Assembly (NCBI GenBank): GCA_038241485.1 | Contig: JBBRFR010000001.1 | Coordinates: forward strand, 1-38,451 | Direction: 5' to 3' | Length of the DNA stretch: 38,451 bases | Source: Burkholderiales bacterium | Lineage (GTDB): Bacteria; Pseudomonadota; Gammaproteobacteria; Burkholderiales; Burkholderiaceae_C | Shown: positions 10,690 through 19,579 of the stretch, piece after piece | Layout of the letters: each line of letters starts with the position of its first letter | Numbering within the stretch: the stretch's first letter is position 1 | The notes under the pieces: model-generated | Databases searched by the model: none | Told to the model about the DNA's origin: nothing | The model's input: the letters and a program-made list of their open reading frames with translations, nothing else | Translations under genes and position numbers: made by a program

Positions 10690-11924
10690 CCACCGTGAAG
10701 CAGCTCTACGAACTCGGCGAAACGCCGCCTCAGGGCCACGTGCCCGAGCAGATGTATGCGAGCGTGATCCGCAGCGAACGTTACGGCCAGCCGCGTGACG
10801 CCTTCCAGATCGAAGTGGTCGACGTGCCCAAGCCGGGCCCCAAGCAGGTGCTGGTGTGGGTGATGGCCGCCGGCATCAACTACAACAATGTGTGGGCCGC
10901 GCTCGGCACGCCGGTCGATGTGATCGCAGCGCGCCGCAAGAGCAACCCGGGGGAGCCGGCCTTCCACATCGGCGGGTCTGATGCCTCGGGCATCGTCTGG
11001 GCCGTGGGCTCCGAGGTCAGCCAGGTCAAGGTGGGCGACGAGGTTGTGCTCTCCTGCGCCACCTGGGACGAAAACGCCGCCGACATCCTGGCTGGCGCCG
11101 ACCCCATGACCTCGACCAGCACCCGAATTTGGGGCTACGAAGACAACTGGGGCTCCTTTGCGCAGTTCACCCGCGTGGATGAGTACCAGTGCCACCCCAA
11201 GCCACCCAAACTTTCATGGGAAGCCGCAGCGGCCTACATGCTGGTGGGCGCCACCGCCTACCGCCAGCTGATGGGCTGGGCGCCCAACACGGTGAAAGAG
11301 GGCGACCCGGTGCTGATCTGGGGCGGCTCCGGCGGCCTGGGCTCGATGGCGATCCAGATCGTCAAGGCCAAGGGCGGCATCCCGATCGCGGTGGTGTCGT
11401 CCGAGAGCCGCATGGAGCATTGTTACAAGCTCGGCGCCGCAGGTGTGATCAACCGCACCGACCCGGCTTTCACCCACTGGGGCCGGCTGCCCGACACCAG
11501 CGATGCCGAGGGCTACGCCGAGTGGATGAAGGGTGCCAACGCCTTCCGCAAAAAATGGTCTGAGGTGCTGGGCTCGCGCCAGGGCCCGCGCATCGTGCTT
11601 GAACACCCCGGCGAGTCGACCATTCCGACCTCGGTGCTGCTGTGTGACAACGCCGGCATGGTCGTCATCTGCGCTGGCACCACCGGCTACAACGCCGACG
11701 TCGACCTGCGCTACCTGTGGATGCGCCAGAAGCGCCTGCAGGGTTCGCACTTTGCCAACGCCGAGCAGTGCAGCGCGCTCAACGACATGGTGATCGCCGG
11801 CCAGGTCGACCCGGCGCTGGCGCGCACCTTCGCCTTTGATGAAGTGGGCACGGCGCACCAACTGCTGCATGAAAACACCCACCCGCCGGGCAACCTGGCG
11901 ATTCGGGTGAACGCGCTGGCATGA
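10686..11924 (+). CDS. ccr: Crotonyl-CoA carboxylase/reductase (enoyl-thioester carboxylase/reductase)
   Basis: Motifs [51 protein letters not shown] overlap with the PKS stop codon. Confidence 0.93.
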   Translation: MTTVKQLYELGETPPQGHVPEQMYASVIRSERYGQPRDAFQIEVVDVPKPGPKQVLVWVMAAGINYNNVWAALGTPVDVIAARRKSNPGEPAFHIGGSDASGIVWAVGSEVSQVKVGDEVVLSCATWDENAADILAGADPMTSTSTRIWGYEDNWGSFAQFTRVDEYQCHPKPPKLSWEAAAAYMLVGATAYRQLMGWAPNTVKEGDPVLIWGGSGGLGSMAIQIVKAKGGIPIAVVSSESRMEHCYKLGAAGVINRTDPAFTHWGRLPDTSDAEGYAEWMKGANAFRKKWSEVLGSRQGPRIVLEHPGESTIPTSVLLCDNAGMVVICAGTTGYNADVDLRYLWMRQKRLQGSHFANAEQCSALNDMVIAGQVDPALARTFAFDEVGTAHQLLHENTHPPGNLAIRVNALA

Positions 11925-12931
11925 GTTCAGAGGTCAACCCCGGGCGGTTGTTCGTTTCCATCGTGGCATGGAAGGGTGCTGACCTGACCATCGACTGCCT
12001 GCGTTCGATCGAGCCCGAGCTGGCCTCGGTGCCCGGCACACGGGTTGTCGTGGTCGACAACGCGTCACCCGATGACTCGGCCGACCGTGTTGCGGCGGCC
12101 ATTGCAGAGAACCACTGGGGCGCTTGGGCCACGCTGATCCGCGCGCCCGGCAACGGCGGCTTCGCCGCCGGCAACAACATCGCCATCCGCAAGATGCTGG
12201 CCGACGCACACCCGGCCGAGTTCTGCCTGTTGCTGAACCCCGACACGGTGGTGCGACCCGGCGCGCTTCGCATCCTGCTCGATTTCCTCATCGCCCACCC
12301 CAAGGTCGGCATCGCCGGCGGCCGCAGCGAAGACCTCGACGCCACACCGCAGATGTGCTGCTTTCGCTTCCCCAACGCCATCAACGAGTGGCTGGGTAAC
12401 CTGGGCATTGGCCTGCTCGACCGGCTGTTCAAGCGCCACCTCACGCGCCTGGGCGTCCCGGAGCAGCCGCGTGAGGTCGATTGGGTGTCGGGCGCCTACA
12501 TGCTGATCCGCAAGGCCGTGATCGACGACACCGGCCTGATGGACGAAACCTACTTCCTCTACTTCGAAGAAACCGACTACACCCGCCGTGCTCGGCTCGC
12601 CGGCTGGGGCTGCTGGCACGTGCCGCAAAGCCGCATCGTGCACTTGGTCGGGCAGAGCAGCGGTGTGACGGTGCGTGGCCAGCCGCGCAAACGTGTGCCG
12701 CGCTATTGGTTCGAGTCTCGGAGGCGCTATTTCGTCACCCACCATGGCCGCTTGTATGCAGCAGCGGCCGACCTGGGGGTGATCCTGTGCTTCCCAGTGG
12801 GTCGTGTGCTGGACATGCTGCGGCGCAAGCCCAACCGCTCGACGCCGAACTTCCTGAGTGACTTTGTTCGCTACAGCGCGCTCTTTCACGGTCAAGCCTC
12901 GCCACGCATGGCACCGCGGAGCCCGTCATGA
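11921..12931 (+). CDS. Glycosyltransferase family 2 (GT2, WbbL/RfbF-like)
   Basis: [38 protein letters not shown]; ATGA coupling on both sides. Confidence 0.92.
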   Translation: MSSEVNPGRLFVSIVAWKGADLTIDCLRSIEPELASVPGTRVVVVDNASPDDSADRVAAAIAENHWGAWATLIRAPGNGGFAAGNNIAIRKMLADAHPAEFCLLLNPDTVVRPGALRILLDFLIAHPKVGIAGGRSEDLDATPQMCCFRFPNAINEWLGNLGIGLLDRLFKRHLTRLGVPEQPREVDWVSGAYMLIRKAVIDDTGLMDETYFLYFEETDYTRRARLAGWGCWHVPQSRIVHLVGQSSGVTVRGQPRKRVPRYWFESRRRYFVTHHGRLYAAAADLGVILCFPVGRVLDMLRRKPNRSTPNFLSDFVRYSALFHGQASPRMAPRSPS

Positions 12932-13965
12932 ACGTGCCCGTGCCCGTGCGGGTGCAGGTGGCGATCGTCAACTACCGCACCGGCAGCCTGGCGGTCGATT
13001 GCCTGCGTTCGCTCTTGCCCGAGATCCAGGCCCTGCCCGGCACCCAGGTCACGGTGGTCGACAACTGCTCCGGTGATGGTTCGGCCGAGGTGATAGCAGC
13101 CGCCATCGTGACTGAGGGCTGGTCGGGCTGGGCGCAGGTGCACCGTGCCCCGGTGAACGGCGGCTTCTCTTACGGCAACAACCAGGTGGTGCGCCCCGCG
13201 CTCACCGAGAGCGACCCACCCGCCTACTTCTGGCTGCTGAACCCCGACACGCAGGTTCAACCCGGCGCCTTGCGTGCCTTGGTCGACTTCATGCAAACCC
13301 ACCCCCGCGTGGGCATTGCGGGCAGCAGCTACCTGCTGGGCAATGGCGAGCCGTGGCCCTATGCATTCCGCTTCCCGTCGATCTGGAGCGAGCTGGCCAA
13401 TGGCCTGCGCCTGAGCCTGGTCGGCAAGCTGCTGAAAAACCGGGTCGGCCTGCGCCGCATGGGCGAGCAACCCGAGCAGGTCGACTGGCTGCCCGGCGCC
13501 AGCATGCTGGTGCGCCGCGAGGTGTTCGAGGCCGCAGGCCTGATGGACGAAGGCTACTTTCTCTACTTCGAAGAAACCGACTTCAGCCTCGCTGCGCTTC
13601 ATGCGGGCTGGCAGACCTGGTACGTGCCGCAAAGCTGCATCAAACACTTTGTTGGCCAGAGCACGGGCGTCAGTGGCCACCATGCCGGGCTCAAGCGCCG
13701 GCCGCAATATTGGTTTGACTCGCGCCGCCGCTACTGGGTGAAAAACCACGGCCGCTTCTACGCAGCCGCCACCGACGTGGTGTGGGCCATGGCGTTTTCG
13801 ACCTGGAAGTTGCGCAACCTGATCCAGCGCAAGCCCGCCGATTACCCTCCGTACTTCTTTCGCGACATGCTTCGCAATTCCGCCTTGTTCCACAGCGGCC
13901 TGCCCACCAGCACCGTCGCCTCTCAGACAGCCCATGGCCATTCAAATCATTCCGCACAGCGCTGA
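12928..13965 (+). CDS. Glycosyltransferase family 2 (paralog of the preceding gene)
   Basis: [38 protein letters not shown]. Confidence 0.92.
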   Translation: MNVPVPVRVQVAIVNYRTGSLAVDCLRSLLPEIQALPGTQVTVVDNCSGDGSAEVIAAAIVTEGWSGWAQVHRAPVNGGFSYGNNQVVRPALTESDPPAYFWLLNPDTQVQPGALRALVDFMQTHPRVGIAGSSYLLGNGEPWPYAFRFPSIWSELANGLRLSLVGKLLKNRVGLRRMGEQPEQVDWLPGASMLVRREVFEAAGLMDEGYFLYFEETDFSLAALHAGWQTWYVPQSCIKHFVGQSTGVSGHHAGLKRRPQYWFDSRRRYWVKNHGRFYAAATDVVWAMAFSTWKLRNLIQRKPADYPPYFFRDMLRNSALFHSGLPTSTVASQTAHGHSNHSAQR

Positions 13966-15058
13966 ACGCCGCGCCGCGGTGCTCGAGTTCAACCAGCGCA
14001 TGAGCGCAGGCGGTTCACCCTGGAACTTTTACGTCGATCCCGAGCCGGACTGGATCCCGCCGCGCTCCGGCCAGAACGTCTGGCGCGAGTACTACCTCGC
14101 GGTCGAAGACGATGTGGCCGTGCGCGGTGCCTTTGCATTGAAGCCTCAAGACTGGTTGATCAACGGCGAAGTGAGGGTGGTGACCGACTGGCAAGGCCCG
14201 TTCTCAGAAGGGGCCATCGACGTGCGCCACGGCACGCTCGGCCTGCGCATGATCCGCGACATGCTCAAGAAGCGCCCGTTGCTCTACAGCTGGGGCCATG
14301 GCGGCGACGATCAGCCGGTGGTGCAGATGCTTCGCAAGATGAACTGGCTGTTGCACCCCACGCCCTTTTGCCTGCTGGTGGCCAAGCCGTTCCGTTTTTT
14401 GCGGCTCAATGCCCAACTGCGAAAGTCGGCGGCTCGGCGCCTGGCGCTCGACGTGCTGGCCTACAGCGGCCTGGGCTGGCTGGGCTTGCGCGCCCTGCAG
14501 GCGGGGCTGCGGCTGAAAGCGGGCGCGAAAGGCTTTACCGCCAGCGCGGTCGAGGTGGCCGAGTTCGGCCCCTGGGCCGACGAGCTGTGGAACCGTTGCA
14601 AAGGCAGCTACCGCGCCATTGCGGTGCGCGATGCGGCCTCGATGAATGCCCTGGCACCGCAAGGGGCATGGCCGCCGGTCACACGCTTGCGTGTCGAGCG
14701 ATCTGGGCAGGTGATCGGCTGGGCGCTGGTGATGGACACGCAGATGCAGGGCGAGCACCGCTTTGGTGACCTGCGGGTCGGCTCCATCGTCGACTGCCTG
14801 GCCGACCCCGCCGATGCGGGCGAGGTGGTGGCCGCGGCCACGCGATTTCTTAGCCAGCGGGGCGTGGACATCGTGGTCTCGAACCAGGCGCACCCCGGTT
14901 GGGCACAGGGTTTTGCGCAAAACGGCTACGCGGTGTTGGCCGACAAGCGGCTTTTTGCCGCTTCACCTGCCTTGCAGGCAGCGCTGGAGCCCTTTGACCA
15001 CGTGTCACAAGGCCTTCATCTGACAAATATGGACGGTCACGGCCCCATGGCCCTCTGA
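13934..15058 (+). CDS. Hypothetical protein, probable tandem GNAT-fold acyl/aminoacyl transferase
   Basis: 374-aa ORF with host-like codon usage inside the operon. Beta-strand/helix pattern (YYLAVED..VRGAFAL; H.TLGLRMIRDML; VIGWALV..GSIVDCLA..EVVAAATRFLSQRGVDIV) suggests two GNAT repeats. The fold call is tentative. Confidence 0.55.
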   Translation: MAIQIIPHSAERRAAVLEFNQRMSAGGSPWNFYVDPEPDWIPPRSGQNVWREYYLAVEDDVAVRGAFALKPQDWLINGEVRVVTDWQGPFSEGAIDVRHGTLGLRMIRDMLKKRPLLYSWGHGGDDQPVVQMLRKMNWLLHPTPFCLLVAKPFRFLRLNAQLRKSAARRLALDVLAYSGLGWLGLRALQAGLRLKAGAKGFTASAVEVAEFGPWADELWNRCKGSYRAIAVRDAASMNALAPQGAWPPVTRLRVERSGQVIGWALVMDTQMQGEHRFGDLRVGSIVDCLADPADAGEVVAAATRFLSQRGVDIVVSNQAHPGWAQGFAQNGYAVLADKRLFAASPALQAALEPFDHVSQGLHLTNMDGHGPMAL

Positions 15059-15076
15059 TCACGCCAACTTGCGGGG

Positions 15077-15106
15077 TTGCACTGGCTGGTAATTCCTGCG
15101 GATACT
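15077..15106 (+). promoter_or_regulatory. Possible sigma70 promoter for the diiron/ACP/adenylation sub-operon
   Basis: TTGCAC-N18-GATACT in an AT-richer 86-bp gap. Confidence 0.3.
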
Positions 15107-15144
15107 TTCAGTTCACCTATTTTGGTAGTCACCGGGAATCCATC

Positions 15145-16008
15145 GTGGAAACCGCTTCCGACCTCGCCACCCGCCTCACCAAGGCTTCGCGCAAAAAAAC
15201 CTGGGATGTCTACAACACCTTCAACTGGCCCGAAGCGCTGGAAGAAGGCGTCTGGTACATGCCGCCCGAACTGATCTCGATCTACGGCACACCGGCCTAC
15301 GAGGCCCTCACCGAAGAGCAGCAAAAGAAACTGAGCCTGTACGAGCTGGGCAATTTTTTCAGCCTCGTGCTTCAAGGCGAGCGACCGCTGGTCGCCGGCT
15401 TGGTTGATCGCCTCTACGCCAAGGGCAACAGCGTGTCCGTCAACGAATACCTGCACCACTTCGTCGACGAAGAAAACAAACACATGGTGATGTTTGGCGA
15501 GTTCTGCAACCGCTACATCGGCAAGGTCTACCCCGAGAAAAAGATCTCGCTGCCCAAGGCCTACGCCAAGGGCGAAGAAGAGGTTGCCTTCTACTGCAAG
15601 GTGATGGTGGTCGAGGAGCTTGGCGACTACTACAACCTGGCCATCGAAAAAGACGAACGGGTTGACGCGCTGGTGCGCGAAGTCAACAAGGTGCACCACA
15701 TCGACGAAGCACGCCACCTGGCCTTCGGCCGCTTGCAGCTGGCCGAGTTGTTCGCCAAGTACTCGCCCGAGTGGTCGCCAGAGACGCTGGCGGGTTTCCG
15801 CGAGTGGCTGGTGGCTTACCTGCGCGCCTCTTGGGGCGACTACTACAACCCGGCCATGTACCGCGACGCGGGGCTGGCCGACTCTTACGAACTGCGGCAA
15901 ATGGCCATGGCCCACCCGGCTGGCGCCGAACTGCGCAGACGCGCGTCTGCCAAGGTCGTCAGCTACTTCATCAAGACGGGCTTGCTGGCTGAAGAGCCCT
16001 CGCTTTGA
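15145..16008 (+). CDS. AurF-like ferritin-fold diiron oxygenase
   Basis: Diiron ligand pattern GE..., DEENKH, VEE, DEARH; N-terminal W..PE...S.YGT.AY..LTEEQ typical of the AurF family; GTG start. Confidence 0.82.
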   Translation: METASDLATRLTKASRKKTWDVYNTFNWPEALEEGVWYMPPELISIYGTPAYEALTEEQQKKLSLYELGNFFSLVLQGERPLVAGLVDRLYAKGNSVSVNEYLHHFVDEENKHMVMFGEFCNRYIGKVYPEKKISLPKAYAKGEEEVAFYCKVMVVEELGDYYNLAIEKDERVDALVREVNKVHHIDEARHLAFGRLQLAELFAKYSPEWSPETLAGFREWLVAYLRASWGDYYNPAMYRDAGLADSYELRQMAMAHPAGAELRRRASAKVVSYFIKTGLLAEEPSL

Positions 16009-16043
16009 TTGAGGCAAACGCGCGAGGCGTGAAAGAAAAAAGA

Positions 16044-16295
16044 ATGCAAGAGAGCGAAGTCAGGGCCAAGCTGCGCGACTGGATCGTCAAGCACACCAAA
16101 ACGCCGAGCAAATCGGCATTCACCGATGAAACGCACATCCTCGAAGAGGGCATCCTCTCTTCGCTCGACATCGTCGAGTTTGTGCTGTTCATCGAAAGCC
16201 TGCGCGGCGAAGACGTCGACACCGACGACATCGAGCCCCAGGTGTTCACCAGCATCAACACGCTTTACGCAGCGTTTTTTGCCCAGGTGACCTGA
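16044..16295 (+). CDS. Stand-alone acyl/aminoacyl carrier protein (DltC-like)
   Basis: 83 aa, acidic; EGILSSLDIVEFVLFIE around the phosphopantetheine Ser; C-terminal F.SINT. Confidence 0.85.
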   Translation: MQESEVRAKLRDWIVKHTKTPSKSAFTDETHILEEGILSSLDIVEFVLFIESLRGEDVDTDDIEPQVFTSINTLYAAFFAQVT

Positions 16296-16296
16296 A

Positions 16297-17901
16297 ATGC
16301 CGCAGGAGCAGCGCAGCCTTCGCAGCGGGTTTCTGCGTTCGGTCGAACACCACGCCGACCGGCCTGCGTTGCAGCTGGACACGACGGTGCTCAGCTACTC
16401 GCAGTTGCGAGATCGTGCGGCCGCACTGGCGCAGACTTTGTCGGCCAACGCACCTGCGGGCGAGCCGCTGCTCACGGCGGTGTTTGCGCACCGCTCGGTC
16501 ACGGCCTATGCCGGCGTGCTGGCCGGCTTGCTGCGGGGTCATGGTTATGTGCCGCTCAACCCCGGCTTCCCGACCGACCGCACGCGCGGCATGTTGGTGC
16601 GTTCGGAGTGCCTCAGCGTGATCGTCGATGCGGCTGGCGCGCGACAGCTCGCCGAAGTGCTGGAAGGAGTCGACACGCCCTTGCTGCTGCTGCTGCCTGA
16701 ACAAGACGACGTGAGCAAGTTCGCCGCGCAGTGGCCGAAACACCGGTTTCTCGGCGCACGCGACCTGCTCGACACCAGCGCGTGGGTCGCGGGCCCCGTT
16801 GATGCAAACGCGATTGCCTACCTGCTGTTCACCTCGGGCAGCACCGGCCAGCCCAAGGGTGTGATGGTGGCGCACCGCAACGTGCTGCCTTACATCGACG
16901 CGATGGTCCAGCGATATGCGGTGACCGAGCACGACCGTTTTTCGCAGACCTTCGACCTCACCTTCGACCTCTCGGTGCACGACATGTTCGTGGCCTGGGA
17001 GCGCGGCGCCTGCCTGTGCGCGCCGACCAGCGGGCAAAAGATGTTCCCCGGCAAGTACATCACCGACTGCGGCATCACCATGTGGTTCTCGGTGCCTTCG
17101 ACCGTGGTGCTGATGAGCCGCCTGAAGATGCTCAAGGCCGGCAAGTACCCGGCGCTGCGCTTCAGCCTGTTTTGCGGCGAGGCGCTGCCGGTCGAGATGG
17201 TGCAGAAGTGGGCCGAGGCCGCGCCCCAATCGATCCTTGAAAACCTCTATGGCCCGACCGAGCTGACCATCGCCTGCACGCTCTACCGCTGGAACAGCGC
17301 ATCCTCACCCGGGCAGAGCGAGTTTGGCGTGGTGCCCATCGGCGCGCCCTATCCCGGCATGAAGATGCTGGTGGCCGACGAACAGCAGAACGAAGTGGCC
17401 ATTGGTGAAGCCGGCGAGCTGCTGATGACCGGCTCGCAGCTCACACTCGGCTACTACAAAGACCCGCAGCGCACGGCGGCCGCGTTCGTCACGCCGCCCG
17501 GTTGCAGCGAGGTCTACTACCGCACCGGCGACCGTGTGCGCCGCCCGCCGCCCGGCCAGCCGATGGTCTACCTGGGCCGGGTCGACAACCAGATCAAGAT
17601 CCAGGGTTACCGCGTCGAGCTGGGCGAGGTCGAAGCCATTCTGCGGCAAGAGGCCGGCGTCGATGTGGCCATTGCGGTCGGGTGGCCGGTCACCGCCAGC
17701 GGGGCCGATGGCATCGTCGGTTTTCTCGGGGCGGACAACGCCGACACCACCGCCATCCGCGAGCGCGTGATCGCGCGCCTGCCGCCCTACATGCATCCGA
17801 GCGAGTTGCGCTTGGTGGCGGAGTTCCCGCTCAACGCCAACGGCAAGGTCGATCGCAAGGTGCTGCTCGCGAGCCTGGCCGCCCAGGCGGAGCCGGCCTG
17901 A
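16297..17901 (+). CDS. Stand-alone amino acid adenylation enzyme (DltA-like)
   Basis: YLLFTSGSTGQPKG, FDLSVHD, WFSVPS, LFCGE, NLYGPTE, YRTGD, QIKIQGYRVELGE, NGKVDR; no fused carrier domain. Confidence 0.9.
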   Translation: MPQEQRSLRSGFLRSVEHHADRPALQLDTTVLSYSQLRDRAAALAQTLSANAPAGEPLLTAVFAHRSVTAYAGVLAGLLRGHGYVPLNPGFPTDRTRGMLVRSECLSVIVDAAGARQLAEVLEGVDTPLLLLLPEQDDVSKFAAQWPKHRFLGARDLLDTSAWVAGPVDANAIAYLLFTSGSTGQPKGVMVAHRNVLPYIDAMVQRYAVTEHDRFSQTFDLTFDLSVHDMFVAWERGACLCAPTSGQKMFPGKYITDCGITMWFSVPSTVVLMSRLKMLKAGKYPALRFSLFCGEALPVEMVQKWAEAAPQSILENLYGPTELTIACTLYRWNSASSPGQSEFGVVPIGAPYPGMKMLVADEQQNEVAIGEAGELLMTGSQLTLGYYKDPQRTAAAFVTPPGCSEVYYRTGDRVRRPPPGQPMVYLGRVDNQIKIQGYRVELGEVEAILRQEAGVDVAIAVGWPVTASGADGIVGFLGADNADTTAIRERVIARLPPYMHPSELRLVAEFPLNANGKVDRKVLLASLAAQAEPA

Positions 17902-18722
17902 TGAGCGGCCGCCCTGACTGCGCCTTGCCCGCGCATGCCACCGCACTCGCCACCACGCCCAGCCACACCTTGTCGGTGTTCGGTGTGCCCGTCACCGACG
18001 TGAGCATGGAGCACGCTCTTTCGCTGTTGCATGGCCTGCTGCAACAGCAGCCGCCACGCGCCCACGGCATCTATTTTGTCAACGCCCACACGCTCAACAC
18101 CGCCTGCGACGAGCCCGACTACCTCGGCGTGTTGCAATCCGCCGACCGGGTGTTCGGCGACGGCACCGGCGTGCGCTGGGCGGCCCGGCTGATCCACGGC
18201 GCCAAGCTCAAGGACAACGTCAACGGCACCGACCTCGTGCCGCTGATGTTCTCGCGCTGGGCCGATCGGGGCCTGCGCTACTACCTGCTGGGCAACACCC
18301 CCGAGCGCATCGAGCAGGCCGCGGCGTATGCACAGCGCGCCTTCCCCGGCTGGGCGCTTGCCGGTTGCCACCACGGCTACCTCGGCCCCGACGACCACGC
18401 CGGCGTGGTCGAGAAGATCAACAACTCTGGCGCGCACCTGCTGCTGGTCGGCATGGGCAACCCCAAGCAGGAGCGCTGGATTCACAACCACCGGGCGCAA
18501 CTGACGGTGCCGCTGTGCCTCGCTACAGGCGGCTTGTTCGACTACTGGGTGGGCGACCTGGTGCGTGCTCCGCTGTGGGTGCGCCGCCTCGGCTTCGAGT
18601 GGCTGAGCCTGCTGATCCGCCAGCCGCACAAGGCCCGCCGTTATCTCATCGGCAACCCGCTGTTCCTGTGGCGCGTCGCGCGCAGCAGGCTGTTGGGGCA
18701 AGACAAGAAGACAAGACCATGA
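17901..18722 (+). CDS. WecB/TagA/CpsF family glycosyltransferase (GT26)
   Basis: FVNAH, DGTGV, NGTDL, LLVGMGNPKQE.WI, GGLFDY, RAP.W....GFEWL; ATG overlaps the previous TGA. Confidence 0.92.
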   Translation: MSGRPDCALPAHATALATTPSHTLSVFGVPVTDVSMEHALSLLHGLLQQQPPRAHGIYFVNAHTLNTACDEPDYLGVLQSADRVFGDGTGVRWAARLIHGAKLKDNVNGTDLVPLMFSRWADRGLRYYLLGNTPERIEQAAAYAQRAFPGWALAGCHHGYLGPDDHAGVVEKINNSGAHLLLVGMGNPKQERWIHNHRAQLTVPLCLATGGLFDYWVGDLVRAPLWVRRLGFEWLSLLIRQPHKARRYLIGNPLFLWRVARSRLLGQDKKTRP

Positions 18723-19579
18723 CTGTTTCAGTGCCCCGTTGGTTGATCAAGAAGGCGGCGCGTACCGCCATGGTGTTGGGCAGTTTTGTCACCGGCTCAT
18801 TGGCTTTGCGCAAGCTGCTGGGCCGCGGCCCGACGGTTCGTGTGCTGACCTACCACCGCTTTGGCGACGCCGTGCGCGACCCCTGGTGCGTGAGCGCGGC
18901 CGTGTTCGAAGAACAGATGCGCTGGCTGGCCGAGCACAAGCTCGCCGTCTCGCTCGACGACGTGGAGCGCTTCGTGCGCGGTGAGGCCCGTCTGCCCGAT
19001 GGCGCCGTGCTCGTCACCATGGACGACGGCTTCAGCAGCGTGCTCAACATTGCTGCACCCATCATGCAGCGCCACCGCATTCCCTCGGTGGCTTACGTGA
19101 CCACGAGCTTCATGGGCACGACCAGCATCTCGGGTGAGCCTTACCTCAGCTGGGACGAAGTGAAGCGCCTGCCGGCAGCAGGTGTCACCGTGGGTTCGCA
19201 CGCCCACACCCACCGCTCTGTCGCCAAGCTCGACCCTCTTGCGGCGCTCGAAGAAGGCGAGCGCTCCAAACAACTGCTGGAGCAGCACCTGGGCGCGCCT
19301 ATCCGTTCGTTTGCCTACCCGTTCGGAATGCGCACCGATGAAAGTGCCGAGACCGCGCGCATGCTATCGGGCTGTGGCTACAGCTCGATCTTCATTGCCC
19401 AGCACGGCACCCTGCGCCCCGGCGCCGATCTCGCCCGCCTGCCACGGGTGAAGGTGGAGGGTGGCGAGCCGCTGTGGATGTTCAAGCTCTTGTGCCGTGG
19501 CGGCATGGACGGCTGGAAACTCTTCGACGACACGCTCTGGAAGCTGCAGCGCCCCGCGCCGGCCGAGCAAGCGCAGTGA
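18719..19579 (+). CDS. Polysaccharide deacetylase (CE4, NodB/IcaB-like)
   Basis: VLTYHR, VTMDDG, GSHAHTH, FAYPFG; ATGA overlap at 18719. Confidence 0.92.
   Translation: MTVSVPRWLIKKAARTAMVLGSFVTGSLALRKLLGRGPTVRVLTYHRFGDAVRDPWCVSAAVFEEQMRWLAEHKLAVSLDDVERFVRGEARLPDGAVLVTMDDGFSSVLNIAAPIMQRHRIPSVAYVTTSFMGTTSISGEPYLSWDEVKRLPAAGVTVGSHAHTHRSVAKLDPLAALEEGERSKQLLEQHLGAPIRSFAYPFGMRTDESAETARMLSGCGYSSIFIAQHGTLRPGADLARLPRVKVEGGEPLWMFKLLCRGGMDGWKLFDDTLWKLQRPAPAEQAQ

Noticed and set aside
10686-11924. ccr as part of the ethylmalonyl-CoA acetate-assimilation pathway
   Set aside because: No ecm, mcd, mch or mcl genes are nearby, and it is coupled to a PKS with a VAGH-type AT.
16044-17901. A true dlt operon for teichoic acid D-alanylation
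   Set aside because: No DltB or DltD is in the window, the context looks Gram-negative, and the partner is a diiron oxygenase.
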